From the human T2T-CHM13v2.0 reference genome, Homo sapiens: 64,000 nucleotides of DNA. The translations under genes were made by a program, and so were the position numbers. Within the stretch, counting starts at the first letter, position 1; the number at the start of each line of letters is the position of its first letter. Positions 41,430 through 55,835 of the stretch are shown piece by piece. The notes below the pieces were generated by a model. That model was not told the origin of the DNA and searched no databases. It saw nothing but the letters and a program-made list of their open reading frames with translations. The DNA lies in NCBI RefSeq assembly GCF_009914755.1, contig NC_060926.1; one strand, 5' to 3'.

Positions 41430-41580
41430 TTATTTCAATCAATGTAGCTATTATACTTATGTCACTCAATAGAGAGAAACTGCATGCTTATGAAAGGTCA
41501 TATAGTAGCTCATGGGAAGAACTTGAGCTGAAACCCAGTTCCTCTGACTCATATTCAAATTATCTTTCTAGGAAATCACA
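41430..41580 (+). mobile_element. MIR remnant
   Basis: gagaaactg...aaggtcatatagtag...gaaacccagttcctctgactc resembles the MIR core. Confidence 0.55.
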
Positions 41581-42390
41581 CAATATACTCAGTTCTCTTT
41601 AAAAACACCAGAGTCCCCATCTTGTGCTCAGAATGTTCTCTTACACTCCCTTTGCTTCCTCTTTTCTACTAGGTGAAATAACAGCATCACTGGACGCAAG
41701 AAGGAAACCCTTACCCCAACCCCACTGAAATGATTTAGATGTCCAGGTAAAGTGTGGCCTCCCTAAAACGTGTTTCCCAAGGGTGACTGAAATAGCACCA
41801 TTGAAAATTCAGCACTCTGGTTTCAGTGTTGACTTTTTCCTCTCTTTTCAAAGTTGTCTTTTGCTGTGAAACATAAATGCTGGTCACTTCATCAACACTT
41901 TATCATAAAGATTATTGAATTCATTCAAGTGACTGAGCCCTTAGGAATCCTTCCTGCCTTCAGGGAACACTCTGACATTTGGATAAATGTCTCACATTAA
42001 AGTAAGTAAATAAACCAGACACCATTTCACACTAGATCCTAGTGAGAAAAAGAAAGATTCCAATCAAAGGGACAAAATGGAAATGACCTCTCCCAACTTT
42101 TCATATGTGTAGATTCAGCTGGGGTAATCGAAACAATGGTTTTATCATCATGTTCCTTCCTTCCAGTTCAGGCCTGATAGGAATATCTAAAGACCTCTGT
42201 GGAATCATAGTAAAATGGGCAGATATTGGAGCATGGTAGTAATTATTGATTGAGAAAATATCAATGGCAAATATTACTTTAATAACCAGGTTAGTGAGTC
42301 AATCCTTGGGTTGAGACCATAAACCCAAATTCATCTTTGTTTAAATTATAGTATGGCATATTTGTATCATGTTGGAAAAGTCATTTACTT

Positions 42391-43082
42391 TGGTATAATA
42401 CACAGATATATTTGGTCTTTGTTCTGAATTCCTGGCACCCAGTTCCTAGAACGCTTGGAATTTCCTGAGTGATAGAAATATCTTTTGTTATTCATAAGGA
42501 AGCTGTTTCCATCACACCTGAGTTTATGCTGATATGTGACTTCAGGTGGAGCCTTTAGATAGCCTCAGGATGGGAGTGGTCATCAGAAAGACCAAGTATT
42601 TAGGAGACTGGAACTTCTAGCCCTATATGGCCACTGACCTCCAGAAAATAGGGTGAGACAACTGGAGTTTATGCTCTATAAAAAGTCTTGAACAATGAGA
42701 TTTGGAGACATTTTGGGGTTGGTGAACATGTCAATTTGTTCAGAGGTGGCACATCTAGAGAGGGCATGGGAGCTCTGTGTCACCCACTGTGTTATGCCTT
42801 GCCTTATGAATCTATTCCGTTTGGCTGTTTCTGAGTTATATCCTTTAAAATAAGCCAGTACATAGAACTGAAGAAGCAGGAGAGAATCATAGGAACCCCA
42901 GATCTATAGTCAGTTGGACAGAAGTATTAAGTGGCCTAGGACTGCAACTGGTGTTGGAAGTGGGGACAGTCCTATGGGATAGAGCCCTTTAATTTGTGGC
43001 ATCTGATGCTCAGTCCAGGTAGATAGCATCAGAATTAAATTGAATTTTTGGTTACTCAGTTGGTGTCAGAGCACTGGGGAAT
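42391..43082 (+). mobile_element. MER21-family LTR
   Basis: atatatttggtctttgttctgaattcctggcac start; ccaggtagatagcatcagaattaaattg near the end. Confidence 0.78.
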
Positions 43083-45384
43083 TTGTTGTTGGTGTGAGAA
43101 AACACGTGATACCTTTCAGGGTTTCTCAGTTTATTTGTAAAATGGAAATACTAAAGTCTATTTCTTAGGTTGCTATGTGGATTTCATTAGATATCATAAA
43201 TGAAGTGCCTTCTATTTTGTCTTTCATAGGGTAGTTTTTTTTTTTAGAAAAAGCTAGGTATTCTTAAAAGATTTTATATAAAACAGTTTTAGTTCCATAT
43301 CTTATGAGAAATTTTTTATTGCCTAAATAGAGAGGCTCATAGCTCTGCCCCCATAGTTAGGATGTCTCAACCCTTGTCACTGACCTAAGATTCTCCAAGA
43401 ATTCCAAAGACCCAGCTATACCAGGGAATACAGACCAGCAGCGATCTTTTGTTTGCACAACATTTTTTTGTAATTGAAATTATTTAAAAATGGGTCTATA
43501 GTAAGGAGATTCACATCGAAAGCTTTGATGATGTGCATCTTCTGAAAAACTAAAAGGTACTGCAGAGTAGTCTTCATAGTCACGATGCGCTGTGCTGAGG
43601 CTGCTGCTTAGAAAGGTGGGGCTTCTTCTCCCTGCTTACCCACGTGTCTGGCTGATCTCTCAGCTCAGCTGCAGGAGCTTGTTGGTCCTGAAGAGTGGTC
43701 TGTCTTTATTTGCTGATACTTAAACTTTCCTTCTTGAAAACTGAATCACTGCTATTTGGTGCACATTTTCACCCAGTCTGAGTGCCACCTTACATCTTTC
43801 ATTCTGCATCTTGAGAATTCTGTTTTACAGTCAGAGGTGACAACTAGATCAGAGCATTGACTGCTCCCAATTTCGCTTTTACAAAAGAGAGCAAAGGAAG
43901 TGGTGATGTTAGGTTTGGGGGTGATGATAAAGTCAGAGAGGGGAACTCCCACTGAAGCCCACATTATGAAAAGAGCTGAACCAACTTGTACTCTTGATCT
44001 CCCCTTAAAAGCTGGTTTTGTACCTGAATGGAGAGAAGTGCAGATATTAGAGACCTGGCTGATGTCTGGTGCTTCATTGCCCTGAATAGACAGAAAAATG
44101 CAGACCCTTGGGAAGCAAAGTGCTTGACAGAGCTGAAAGTGAACAGCAGAGGCTGGGAGGAAGCAGGACCAAACAAATCCAGAAATCCTCCAAGGCTGTA
44201 GCCCTAGGCCCAGCAGGTGGTGGTCAGGACAAAGTAGGAGCATGTACAGTGTTGAGATCAGAGTCTTGGGAAAGCACCTGTTACAGGTCAGAGTGAAGGA
44301 TGATCCCAGAAACAAGTCAGACAAGAGGCAGGTAAGTGAACAAAGTGATCACAAGTCAAGGGAAATGGTGAGTCCATAAGTTTGTCAGTAGCAATTTACT
44401 TTAACTACTTCATCTTAGGCCATATTGTGTACATGCGTATATTGGTTTCTTTCAATTGCATGTCAAGGAGATCTGCTCCTTTTTTTTTTTTTTTTTTTTT
44501 TGGTACATGTGTTGCTGAAGTGAACACAGATCTGCTAGCTTTTAATCAGAAAATCCACACTCCAGGGCTGGCTACTACAAGTTGTTTTGCTTTCTTGCTT
44601 ACTAAATACTATCAGAAGCTATATTAATTAAGTATAAGGGTTGATAGATATTAGAAAGGTTGTTGATTAGCAATAATGAGCATTAGAAATGTGCTTACAT
44701 TTTTGTGCATTTTTGATATTCAATGTGTGTGGATAAGGTAAAACATTTTGAAAACACTTTCTGCTTTTAAAGGAGCAGACATTAAAATCTAGTGTCTATT
44801 TCACCATATACCCTTAGCGATAACATGGAAGGTTCGATATGTAAATAATCTTGTGTTGTGCTGTTGCTTTAGAAGGTTATTGGTCACAGTATTCCAAGAG
44901 CTGATTTGCTGAAATACATAATGAGAATATTGTAACATTTGGTTTCAAAGAACTTTCCATGCAACACATTTTCAGAACCTCAAAACAGAATAGTGGGATT
45001 TTATTAAGGCTGCATGCTTACTTGTAAATTGTGTACATTTGTAGCATAATTCAGTCTTGGGCTTAATTTTATAATTTCCTGGAAGCTAAATAATGAAAGA
45101 GTGTTAATTCTCACCTGTCTTCAATTACTGGGCAGCACTGGTGAGATTCTCAAAAGAAATCTATTACCTGTGTGTGACTACAGTACTCAGGAACTGTATG
45201 GATAGAGAAGAACAAGAATGACCTGTGGATTAAAAAGACAGAACAGAGGTCCAAAGGGAGTGAGTGAGACGCCAGCAACAGGGACACCTTCTGGCTCAGT
45301 AAAAACACTTGTTCTGTGGTGGGGAATGGTTAGGGTTGCACTAGCTGTACCTTCTGTGGGGAATAGGCAACCTTGGGTATGGAA

Positions 45385-45760
45385 AATCACTGAGACAAGA
45401 TTCAGGAGACCCAGTTCAGTGCTAGCCCTAATTGGTCATGTGAACTTGGGTAAGACCCTTATCCCCTCTAAGTCTTGGCTTCCTGATGGGTTAGATGAAG
45501 AGTTAAACAAAATATTCTTGGCTGGGGTAGCACAGTGTGGTGAAGGCAGTGAGATTTCGGGATCTTTAGTCTCTCTTACAATCTTAGGCTCACTCTGAAT
45601 ATCTAGGGCTTCTTGTGCAAGTTGTTTAATCCATTTAAGCTTTAATTTTTTTATCTATTAAATGCAGGCGATAACACCTATATCAAAAAGGCTATTTTTA
45701 GTATTAAGTAAAAGGTGACATGTGAAGTGTTTAAAAAACTGCTTAATAATGTTACCCCAT
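45385..45760 (-). mobile_element. Two MIR remnants
   Basis: gtgaacttgggtaag... and tgtgcaagttgtttaatcc...tttatctattaaatg MIR-like cores. Confidence 0.5.
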
Positions 45761-46361
45761 TCCTCTCATCTTTCCCTTTACACTCACACATTCTACAATT
45801 CTATGAATTAAGGGGAAATGATTGATGGAAATTTGTGGCACAGGCAGAGATGGAATGGGGATGTTATTTCCTCAGTATTGGGCTTGAGTGATAGTAAACG
45901 ATGAAGATAAAGTTCACTTTTGAAGTGGAATGGTTAAAGTACCATTGAGGGAATACATGTTTAACCTAATAAACTGGAGACCCATTTTGTAGTTGTATTC
46001 TACCCCATGGGAAGTGCAAGAGACACAGCACACCAAAAACTAGGAAAGCTCTACGATTACTAGTCGGGACTCTGGATCCAACTGGAAACATCACTGTGTG
46101 ATGGATCAGAATTTGAAGCATGAGGAGAATCTGGGCTAGGCGAGCACAGAAATCATGCCTACACCACCAGTGGGAAGAGGAAACTCTGTCTCTCTGTATG
46201 TATATATGTTTGTGTGTATGTTTTTGTGTATGTATGTATATACATGCATATATATTATGTGTATATATAACATATATTTAGTAGATTTAAAAATTATGAA
46301 ATTATGATAAAATTGTGGCTTCAGTCATCAACAATTCTTTGTTAAGTCATTAATGAATGAC

Positions 46362-46724
<363 letters not shown>

Positions 46725-48899
46725 TGATTTATTTATAATTATAAACTTAAGCAATATAGAGGATGCAAGGAAAAAAAACTGAAAAAGCAGAAATGAATCC
46801 CAATCTAATGAAGGGGAATTAGTCACCGTTAGTATTTGATAAACATGTAGATGGACATGTGGATGCAGAGATAGACCTGGAGGCAGATTGGCAGAAAGAT
46901 AGATAATTAACTAGAGGTGTCTGAAGATTGGAGTTGGGAGGGGTATCATGGACTTGTCCTGGAACAAGTCTCTTTAGGTGACTCACCCAGGGGATCAGTG
47001 TGTCTCACAATATTGTTCTTTAAGTCACTAGTTCTCTCTGTTAGGATCTTATGACATCTGCTTTCTTATTTTTCCTCTTCCCAATTTCATTTCCAACAGT
47101 TTCTTAGCCAGAAGGTAGGCTGATAATAAGACAATGACAAGTGAGAGTGCTTCCTCCTTCACCTCCACCTGTTTTGAAAAGGAGTCTTGTATGTGGACAT
47201 TCCCCTCTTTTCCTTGGTACCCCTCACCCCTCCTTGCGGCATCACATGGCTATTTGAGCACCATGAACCTCCCTTTCAGGGAGATCTAAATCCTGCCTAA
47301 GGTCTGAGTTAAGACTGCCTGTCTTTCAGCCTCCTACCTCACTTGTCCTCAATATAACTGTATTTGGCAAATATTCTTCCAAGTGTGAAATTTGGAGTTG
47401 GGGCATATTCTTGTTAGTGATGAAGGTGGAACTTTCTTCTTGATATTTTCTTGCTGCTTTTATAGATTTTAGCAAGTTTTTTGGAATGAGACATCAAAAA
47501 AGAATGGCTTTATTCAATGTTCTTGAGCCAGAAATCTCCTACCTGTGAAGATTCTGGTACTCAGATTTAATACAATCAAGTGTCTCTTGAAATTTTATGT
47601 CTTAGCATGCCTTTTATTTTTATTTTTGGGTGTGCTATACCTTATTTCAGCACTACTAATAGAAAAAAAAACCAACTATATAGACAAGAATAATCAAGAA
47701 AAATACCTCAAGGGCCAATGTGAAAAGATTTTTAGTATTTTATAATTTATAACATTTTATAATTTAATTTTTCTAAGTAGTAAAATATATTTAAAATCTG
47801 TGTATTTTTAAGAGGAAGTTCCAAATGAAAGAAATATGAAACAAACAAAGTTAGACATGGGAAGGAAAATGATCACCCCATTGCTATGTTCATCATGTCT
47901 TATTCTCACTATTTTAGGAGTGTCAAGGTGGCGTTTAGGCACCGTGTGACTCCTTTACCGTGAATCACCCTCTGCAACCCCCAGGTGCAGGCTGCTAATT
48001 ATTCTCTTCAAATTTTCTCCAGGAGTTCCCTGTTTCTCTGTCTTGGATATATATTTGGCTCTGCATGGTAGACCAGGAGCACCAGAACTGAGACATTAAA
48101 ATCTTTTGAGTTAAATAGTATTAGGAGATTATTTTCACAGGCGCCTTTAAAAATAGATGTATCCAATTACTGTAATTCTAATTTTTCAAATGCTAGTCCT
48201 TTTGACAAGTTGCAGCTCTGTTTACCAGCTCTTGTAGGAGTCTCATGATTTCCCCCAAAAGAGCAGCATGAAGCTGAAATTGTAAGTTTATCAAAGCAAA
48301 TTGCATGCATTTTCCAAAGGCAAATTGCAGACCAAAGCCATTTGTAGATGAATAGAAAACTACATGAAAGAGAACACTCTGCTGTGTTTGCCTACTCATA
48401 ACTTCAACCCAAATTACCTTTTAAAACACTATTTGGAAATCTATAGAACTTCAAAAGGGCCCATTAATGGATGTGTTGAAAATAGAACCCAACTTCTTCA
48501 ACTCCAAACACAGAGTTTCACTATTCAACAAGGAAGTTTCCCAGAATAAGGTTTAAGCTTAAGTTCCTGAAGTTCATAGGCTAAAAATATACAAAGTTTA
48601 CGTTGTAGTTTCTCATCACTGTAAGACTCACCACATATTCAAAAGACCATTAGGAAGTCCTGAATGTATACTGTGTCCTACCCTGAAGAGGGCACAGTTT
48701 ATTAAAACTATTATCATATATATCTAAACAAACTCTTTTACATAAAAAAGGTAAGTAAAAATATTATGTGGATTAAGGGATAGAGGGTTGAAAGGACTAT
48801 TTCAACGGCTTTTAACAAACTCAGCAGATTCAAAACTTGAATTCAGGTCTCAACTTATCTTTCAAGAGGAAAATGCTGAAAGTGTACAGCGAGTGTAAC

Positions 48900-49442
48900 T
48901 TCGGGTTTCTGTATAATATTTAATGAGATAAATGCCTCCCTCCCTGTAGTGTGGGTTACTCAGCATTTGCCTTGCATTTTTATTCTCCAGCTTATTCTCT
49001 TCTGTGTCCAGAAGGCTGATTTCCATAGGGGGCATCAACTGCATTCCCTCCCCAGTTTCAATTTTGCTAGTAAAAAGCATCAGAGGGAGATCAGAGGATG
49101 AAAAGTAGAAAGATTAGAGCATTTATTCCTCCCACCCCACCCCAGCTTGAGTTCAGGTCTGACAGTGTCTGCAGCACTGGCACTATGGCCCTGAGGGCCA
49201 CCTTTTTCCATGTCCAGCTCTTAACTAAGCTCCAGTAACACCAATGCCTCCATTTGTTCCACCAGGCCTAGGAGTGGCAAAGGCTCTTCACCCTTGCTAG
49301 TCCCTAGGTGTCTACATATCCCTTGTAGGTTGTTACCTCTTACCACGCCTTGGTAAACACTCCCCTCATTAAGAAGCTTCTTTGAAAAATTCCAACTAAC
49401 TGAGCATGCCATGTGTTTTAGGCTGGGGTCCTGACACATACA
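48900..49442 (+). mobile_element. ERVL LTR (LTR33-like)
   Basis: aggcctaggagtggcaaaggct...gtaaacactcccctcattaa...gctggggtcctgacacataca. Confidence 0.6.
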
Positions 49443-50605
49443 AATTTGTGTATCTAATTTTAAAAGCTTATTTCACCTCCTGCTCTTGCATGCAATTATA
49501 GCGCATAATCTTGTGGTTAGAGATAAGCAAACACGCTGAAACTAAAATGCAAATGCACCCTGGAATACTGTAACTTAAAAGCTGCCACCAAAATAATTCT
49601 ACAGCAGACAAGTCCATCCTGCACTTAGGAGATGAGTCTACGTATGCACACAGGTGCTTTTCTTAGCAAGAACTTCTTCTTATGTGGGTAACTCTAGGCC
49701 TTCTCTCTGGTGTGGAGTCTCTGTCTTGTTTGGTGGTCCTGATCGTTTCACTTATCATACCTCCTGCTGAACCTTTCCAGGCAAGGCAGTGATTCAGGAA
49801 AGACCGCTGACAGTGTAGAAAGTACACGGTTTTGTTTCTGCTGGCCAGCTAGCGGGGAATCCTGGTATTCAGAAGGGGAATCAATTCTTTCTTTTTGATT
49901 TAGGGATATGTTTGGCAGTTATTAATTAACATGTGTGAGAGATCCTGAGAATTTCAAACATTTATTTTTTAAAGGAGTCTAAGTTTAAACTTAACTTCAT
50001 TATATAAAACTTCCTTCTCCTTCCTCAACCTCACTTCTTTGAATTATTTTACTTTAGAAATGGCAAGTTTTCTCAAAGATTAATGCAAAGCTCATGTCAA
50101 AATAGAGCTCTCTCTCTCTCAATTTTATTTCTACTATTTTAACTATTTCATCTATTTATTTATTTTTTTATAGTTTTCGTGGTCCATTAGTTCCATGATT
50201 TAATTTACTATTTTACTTTAAAAGATTTTCCCTTGCCAGTCAAGTAGTATTCCATAGAATACATGAGAGAATACATTTTTGAAGAAAACTGGTAAACAAC
50301 CAATTAAAACTCTTTATGGATTTTCTTCCACATATAAATTACTATTCTATACATGAAATAATAAAAATAAGCTTTGGAATGAAAGTATATAAAAATGTCA
50401 ATAGAAATTCTAAGTATGGGGTAATCAGCCTTGAGGTAATTGATAGTTGCCTATACTTACATGATTTGTAATCTGTCAATCATTTATTCAACAAATATTT
50501 TCCACAGCTCCTATACACAAAGCATTTTAAGGGTAGTATTAAAAACAAAGTACTTTCCCTTCCCTAAAAATCTTTATAATTTATTTCAGAAGAAGAGAAA
50601 GGTAC

Positions 50606-50904
50606 TTTTTTTTTGGCAGACGGGGACAGAGTCTCTCTGTGTTGTCTAGGCTGGAGTGCAGTGGTACAACCTCAGCTCACTGCAACCTCTGCCTCCCAGG
50701 TTCAAGCAATTCTCCTGCCTCAGCCTCCTGAGTAGCTCGCACTACAGGTGCCCACCACTACGCCTGGCTAATTTTTGTATTTTTAGTAGAGACGGGGTTT
50801 CACCGTATTTGCCAGGCTGGTCTCGAACTCCTGACCTCAGGTGATCTGCCTGACTCAGCTTCCCAAAATGCTGGGATTACAGGTATGAGCCACCTTGCCC
50901 AGCC
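50606..50904 (-). mobile_element. AluS, full length
   Basis: Alu reverse complement; TSD agaaaggtacttttt on both sides. Confidence 0.95.
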
Positions 50905-53900
50905 TCGAAGAAAGGTACTTTTTAAGGAAGTGCAACGATAGTGGCAAATAAGAGTTCCAAGCAGAATGAAGCCTCTTCCTGGTAGTGGGAACTGGGGCTT
51001 CTGGTCTCAGCCATTGATCAATTATCACTGACAGGAACCATGAGACCTGTGCAAATGAATGACTGTGTACAGTTCTAGTCATTGATCTGATCCTCAAAAA
51101 AAGATGTGATAAATGTGGATTAATTGAATAAGGGATTGTGTGTGTGTATGAGTATGTGTGTGTGGAAGGGAGTGTAAAGTATGCAACTACTTTGCTATTT
51201 GAAGATAGATTAAAATCACCTCCATCTCTTCCTTCAGCATAGAAAGACAAAACGTGGGAGAAGTGTGAATGCAAGTCTATTCACCAGTTTCTAGGATTTG
51301 CTCTCCGGGTTTGGTGGGTTAGGATGGGGATCAAAATTTCAAAGAAATATTGCACAGCCAAGAAAATAAAAGTCTAGTATACCTATTCAGTTGCTAGGCA
51401 GTTACTAATAGGTTGTTGATAATTCAACTACTGGTACGCTTAGGTAGGCTGAAATGCAATTAATTTGAAGAATTACGCAGAAAAAATCCTGGATGAGAGA
51501 CCTAGAAGTGATTAAGGAAATAAGAGTGGCTCAGGCACTTCTCTAACCATTCATCAACTGTGTAATGGAACACAAGCAATGCTTTTCCTCAACCTTTAAC
51601 AGAGTGGACTGCTGGGAAGATGCATTATGACACAGATCCAGGAAAGCATCATCTCTGAGTCTTTCTGCCTCTTTGTGTTGGTTGGGAGAGGCTAAAAGAG
51701 GTTTCTGAAGAGGAATGACCAGTGTTAGAAGAAGTGTAGCATGTGTGCTACCATTTCAGGGCATTATAGCAGAGAACTCAGAAAGGCCAGAATCTTGTAC
51801 CAAACTGTAACCACCTCTTTTCCAGGTGAGACAGCCAGCAAAGAAAGACACATGAAGCAAATGGAGCCACACGTGATGATCATACTGATCTCTGCTAAAT
51901 CAAGCTACAGCACACAGGAGTCCCAAAGCTTGCTGGGCCTTCTCTCACCTGCATGTTCACTCTTATTAAATTATGATGAGCCCTCTGACAAACTGTCATA
52001 TTTGAAGGACCTTTTACCAGAGAAGAGGAGGGGGAGGAAGAGAGAAATCAAAAAAGATAAGCAAAAGGGCTGGGCTTGCTGTGTGATCACAGATAAAATA
52101 CCAAACAGTTAAATAATGCTGGAGGGTGACCTCTTATGTGACCCAATCAGAGATTTGACATTTATCTCCTGAATGTGACATCCCATCTCATCAAGGATTT
52201 GGGACAGTGGGGATGAGGAGACACGTTCTCTCTCCCTTTCCTTGCTCAGCCTTGTTCTCTCTGTTTACTCTTTGGGCTTCAGTGCACTTTTGTGGCCAAG
52301 CCCAGTTTGTGGCCTGCCCCTTGCATGGCCATCTCTGCAGTATCAGTGAAAACTCAACAGCCCCTCTGTGTGGCCACACTTTTTTTCTTTTCTAAAAACA
52401 ATGAGATACTTATATCCACCCCATGCAAATTCCTCCAGGATATTGCTCTTGAGTCATCCTTGAGAAATTTCCGTCTTGAAACATGTCTATCTCCATGTTG
52501 GGAAATTTAATTAGTACTCCTATTGTAGGGATTAGGGAAAGCACAACTACACTTTTCATCAGCTTCAATGATTTCACCAAAGGGCATTTATTTACTTAGT
52601 TATACCAGCTGTTTGTTCACCAGATACCGTCTCCTTTGACCCTATGTGCACACAAACCCACGCACAGCGGATGTTGACTATGAGAACTGATAATATCACA
52701 CCCATTTTAGATACATCATTGAGGCAAAAAGGGACATTTATGGGAGATATTTTTCTTTTTGTTGTGGAAATTCTGACAATCTCATTTTATTTTCTCATTC
52801 AAATTATTAAATGATTCTCTCTCTCTCTCTCTCTGCTTACATAGGGGTCATCATTTGTTCTTTTAATCCATTTCAAGAGCATGTCCCCTTTTGCCGTATT
52901 CAGGGATGATTGCCCCCTACCTGAACCCCATCTTGCTCCAACAAACAAGTCATATAATCAGAGATCGCACTCTTAGTCAAAAGTCTGACCAGTTAAAGAA
53001 TTAATTGCCTGCGCCAGGGAGTATGGAAAGCAAAAAAGAAACTCTGTTATGATTTCTATAGATGGAAGGAGAAATGCACTATTTGAATGATAGAGTTTAA
53101 TTGTCATTATCTAGAAAAGATACTTCATTTAAACTTCTCCTTTACTTAAAATAAACACCTCAATGCTCACATTCCTGCCTGGAACATTTTTAGCAATAAC
53201 TGCTGGTTGTCAATGACAACAATCATATTTAATTGTTCATCCTGACATGCTCCAGCACTCTATTAAGCACAGATTACTATAGATTGAATAAATGAATAGC
53301 AAAGATGCTGGCCAAGAGCTCTGAACGTATCAGTGGAAATAATGAATTGCATCATCCTTCCATGAAAATGCAGGAAGGGCCAACACAGGTCAAGAGCTTG
53401 TTAGAGTTTCAGGTTGTCCATTTTGACTGAATTAAAAAGAAAGCAAGTTTATTATGGATTATACATGTAAGCAGGGAGAGGATGAAGGTCAAATTTCTTG
53501 ATTAGGTATTATTTAGCTATTTTACCATATCTCAAAGTTATAATTCAGAAATGAAATGAAGTGTATCTTGTTTCTTATATGAATTTTTAAAAGGTACACA
53601 GTAGATAGTCTTACTGAATTTTAGTTTAATTGCACTTTCATCTCAATATTATTATTTTATCAAGCCAGATAAGTAAATAATATCCTTTCATCAGGTATCA
53701 GAGCACAGTTGTAATATAAATGGGATTAGCATAATGAATGCCTTTGGAGAAAATTATAAAATGTCCTTTCATGCACATACAGTTTTATAAACATGACTTT
53801 CCTTTGTTTTAATTCAATCTCTGATGGAAATGCACAAATTTTAAAATTCTGGGAAGAACAAACTTATCTGATCATTTTTAAGTAATTGATAGATCACAGT

Positions 53901-55531
53901 AGAATTATGTTTTTCTTTTAAGTGATGAGGATAGAAAATTTGAGTTGTTTAATTAGACATGTGACTGAACCCAGACGTAAGGGGATCACTTTGGTGCCCT
54001 GGAAAGTACTTTGTACTGAATGGGGAAGTCCAGATATCATATTCTGGTGTTGGGCTAAATACTAATTACAAAACCATCAGACAAAATTATTGTTATTATT
54101 ATTTTGCAGCAAGTGACTGTTAACATTGAATGTGTGTTATCAACTTAAAAGTCTATTCTTTCTTGAAAATATGTGTCATAAATATTTTCTCCTCAAAGAA
54201 TAAACACACCTTTTATAAATGAGTTGATTTATTACTGAACTATCTATTTATGACAGCATGCTTCTTCCATTTATCCAATAATTATTTGGTTAACAATCAC
54301 ATTTCATAGGCTTAATGTTTTATAATTGTTTTGGTAAACCTCCTGAATATCTCTATGTGTACAGAAAGCAGGGAATGGGCATTTTAAGGGGCTGAGATTT
54401 GCAAACTGTCCTTTAGAAAATTTGTAACAATGTACCCAGCCCAATAATAAACAAGAATGTCTTTCCATTGACTATACCAAATTTCTACTTTCCTTTAAAG
54501 TTTGGCAAAATTATAAGAAATATTAAATTATTATTATTTATTTATCATTTGTTGTACTGATAAATAACCAATCCATCCAATAACAAATAATTTATCCAAA
54601 TTATAAAATATTAATTATTATTTATCATTTATTAATAAATTATTTATTCAATAATAAATAACTCATCCATGTTATATATCATGTGTTATTTATTTTAATA
54701 ATGAATAATAAATAATATTTAGTATTTATTATTTGATTATTTAATTTTTAAATAAATGAGTTTGCATTTTTAAATATATTTATTGACAATTTGTCAAGTT
54801 CTCTTGCTAATTTCCTTGCCTTCTTATTCCTAGTTAGACTTGCATGCTATTTGTGTTGCAAATATTTCTCAGTTGGTCAATTTTCCTTTCTTTTTATTAT
54901 AGTCAATGCAAACTTACTACAAAAGTAGTAATTTTAAGGTTTCTCTGGCACCAGAATAAATGCATGCTAACCAATAATAAATGATACAGTATAATTTTAA
55001 AGTCCACACATTGTGTGGGAGCCAAATGGAACACTGTCTTCACAATGTGGGGCACAGTCTTTGTGAGGACAACTCCTCTATGCCCAGCTTCAATTATGTA
55101 GATTTTTGAGAGTGTCAGAAGTCTGAAGTAGGATCAGTGGATAGGATTCTATGGTCTTATTATTATTTTAATTATCTGGTGTTCCAAAAAGTGTTTCCTG
55201 AAAGTTAAACAATGAGAGTTGGTTTCCTTCCACTTTACTAAGTGGTGTTTTATTTTTTCCTTCTTAGACTATATGTATGATCTGTAATTATGCATGAGGT
55301 CAAATTGATGAGGGCTAGCCAAATATGCTAAAATGTCAGTCTGAGAATTTTAAGTGTAACTCTAGCAGAAAATAAGAGCAAACTTGTCCTACTAATACTG
55401 ACTACCCTGGAGGACACCTGTACTTTAATGTCTAATGAATTGTTTTTCATTGAGTCAATTTTTTTTACATCAATGTTCATTGAATATTTATTCTGCATCA
55501 AACCCTGTATTCAGCCCTGGTTGGTTAAAGA

Positions 55532-55588
55532 TTATCTATTTACTTATCTTCTATGTATCTATCTATCTATCTATTATCTATCTGTCTG

Positions 55589-55626
<38 letters not shown>

Positions 55627-55835
55627 ATCTATCTATTCACCTATCATCTATCTATCCATTTATCTATAACCATCTATCTATCTATATCTGTCTATGTCTA
55701 TCCATCTGTCATCTATCTATCTATCATCTATCTATTGTCTCTATTCATTATTCATCTATCTACCCTATCTATCTATCTATTAGCTACATATTTAGCTAGC
55801 TGGCATCTATCTATATGTCTCTATCATCTATCTTG
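55532..55835. repeat. Compound (TCTA)n/(GATA)n microsatellite, about 300 bp
   Basis: Imperfect tcta repeats with a perfect core at about 55590-55625. Confidence 0.95.

Noticed and set aside
43752-44324. Longest ORF in the track (190 aa, minus strand)
   Set aside because: Non-ATG start, no recognisable domain, and Ser/Leu/Cys/Phe-rich composition typical of an antisense purine-rich frame.
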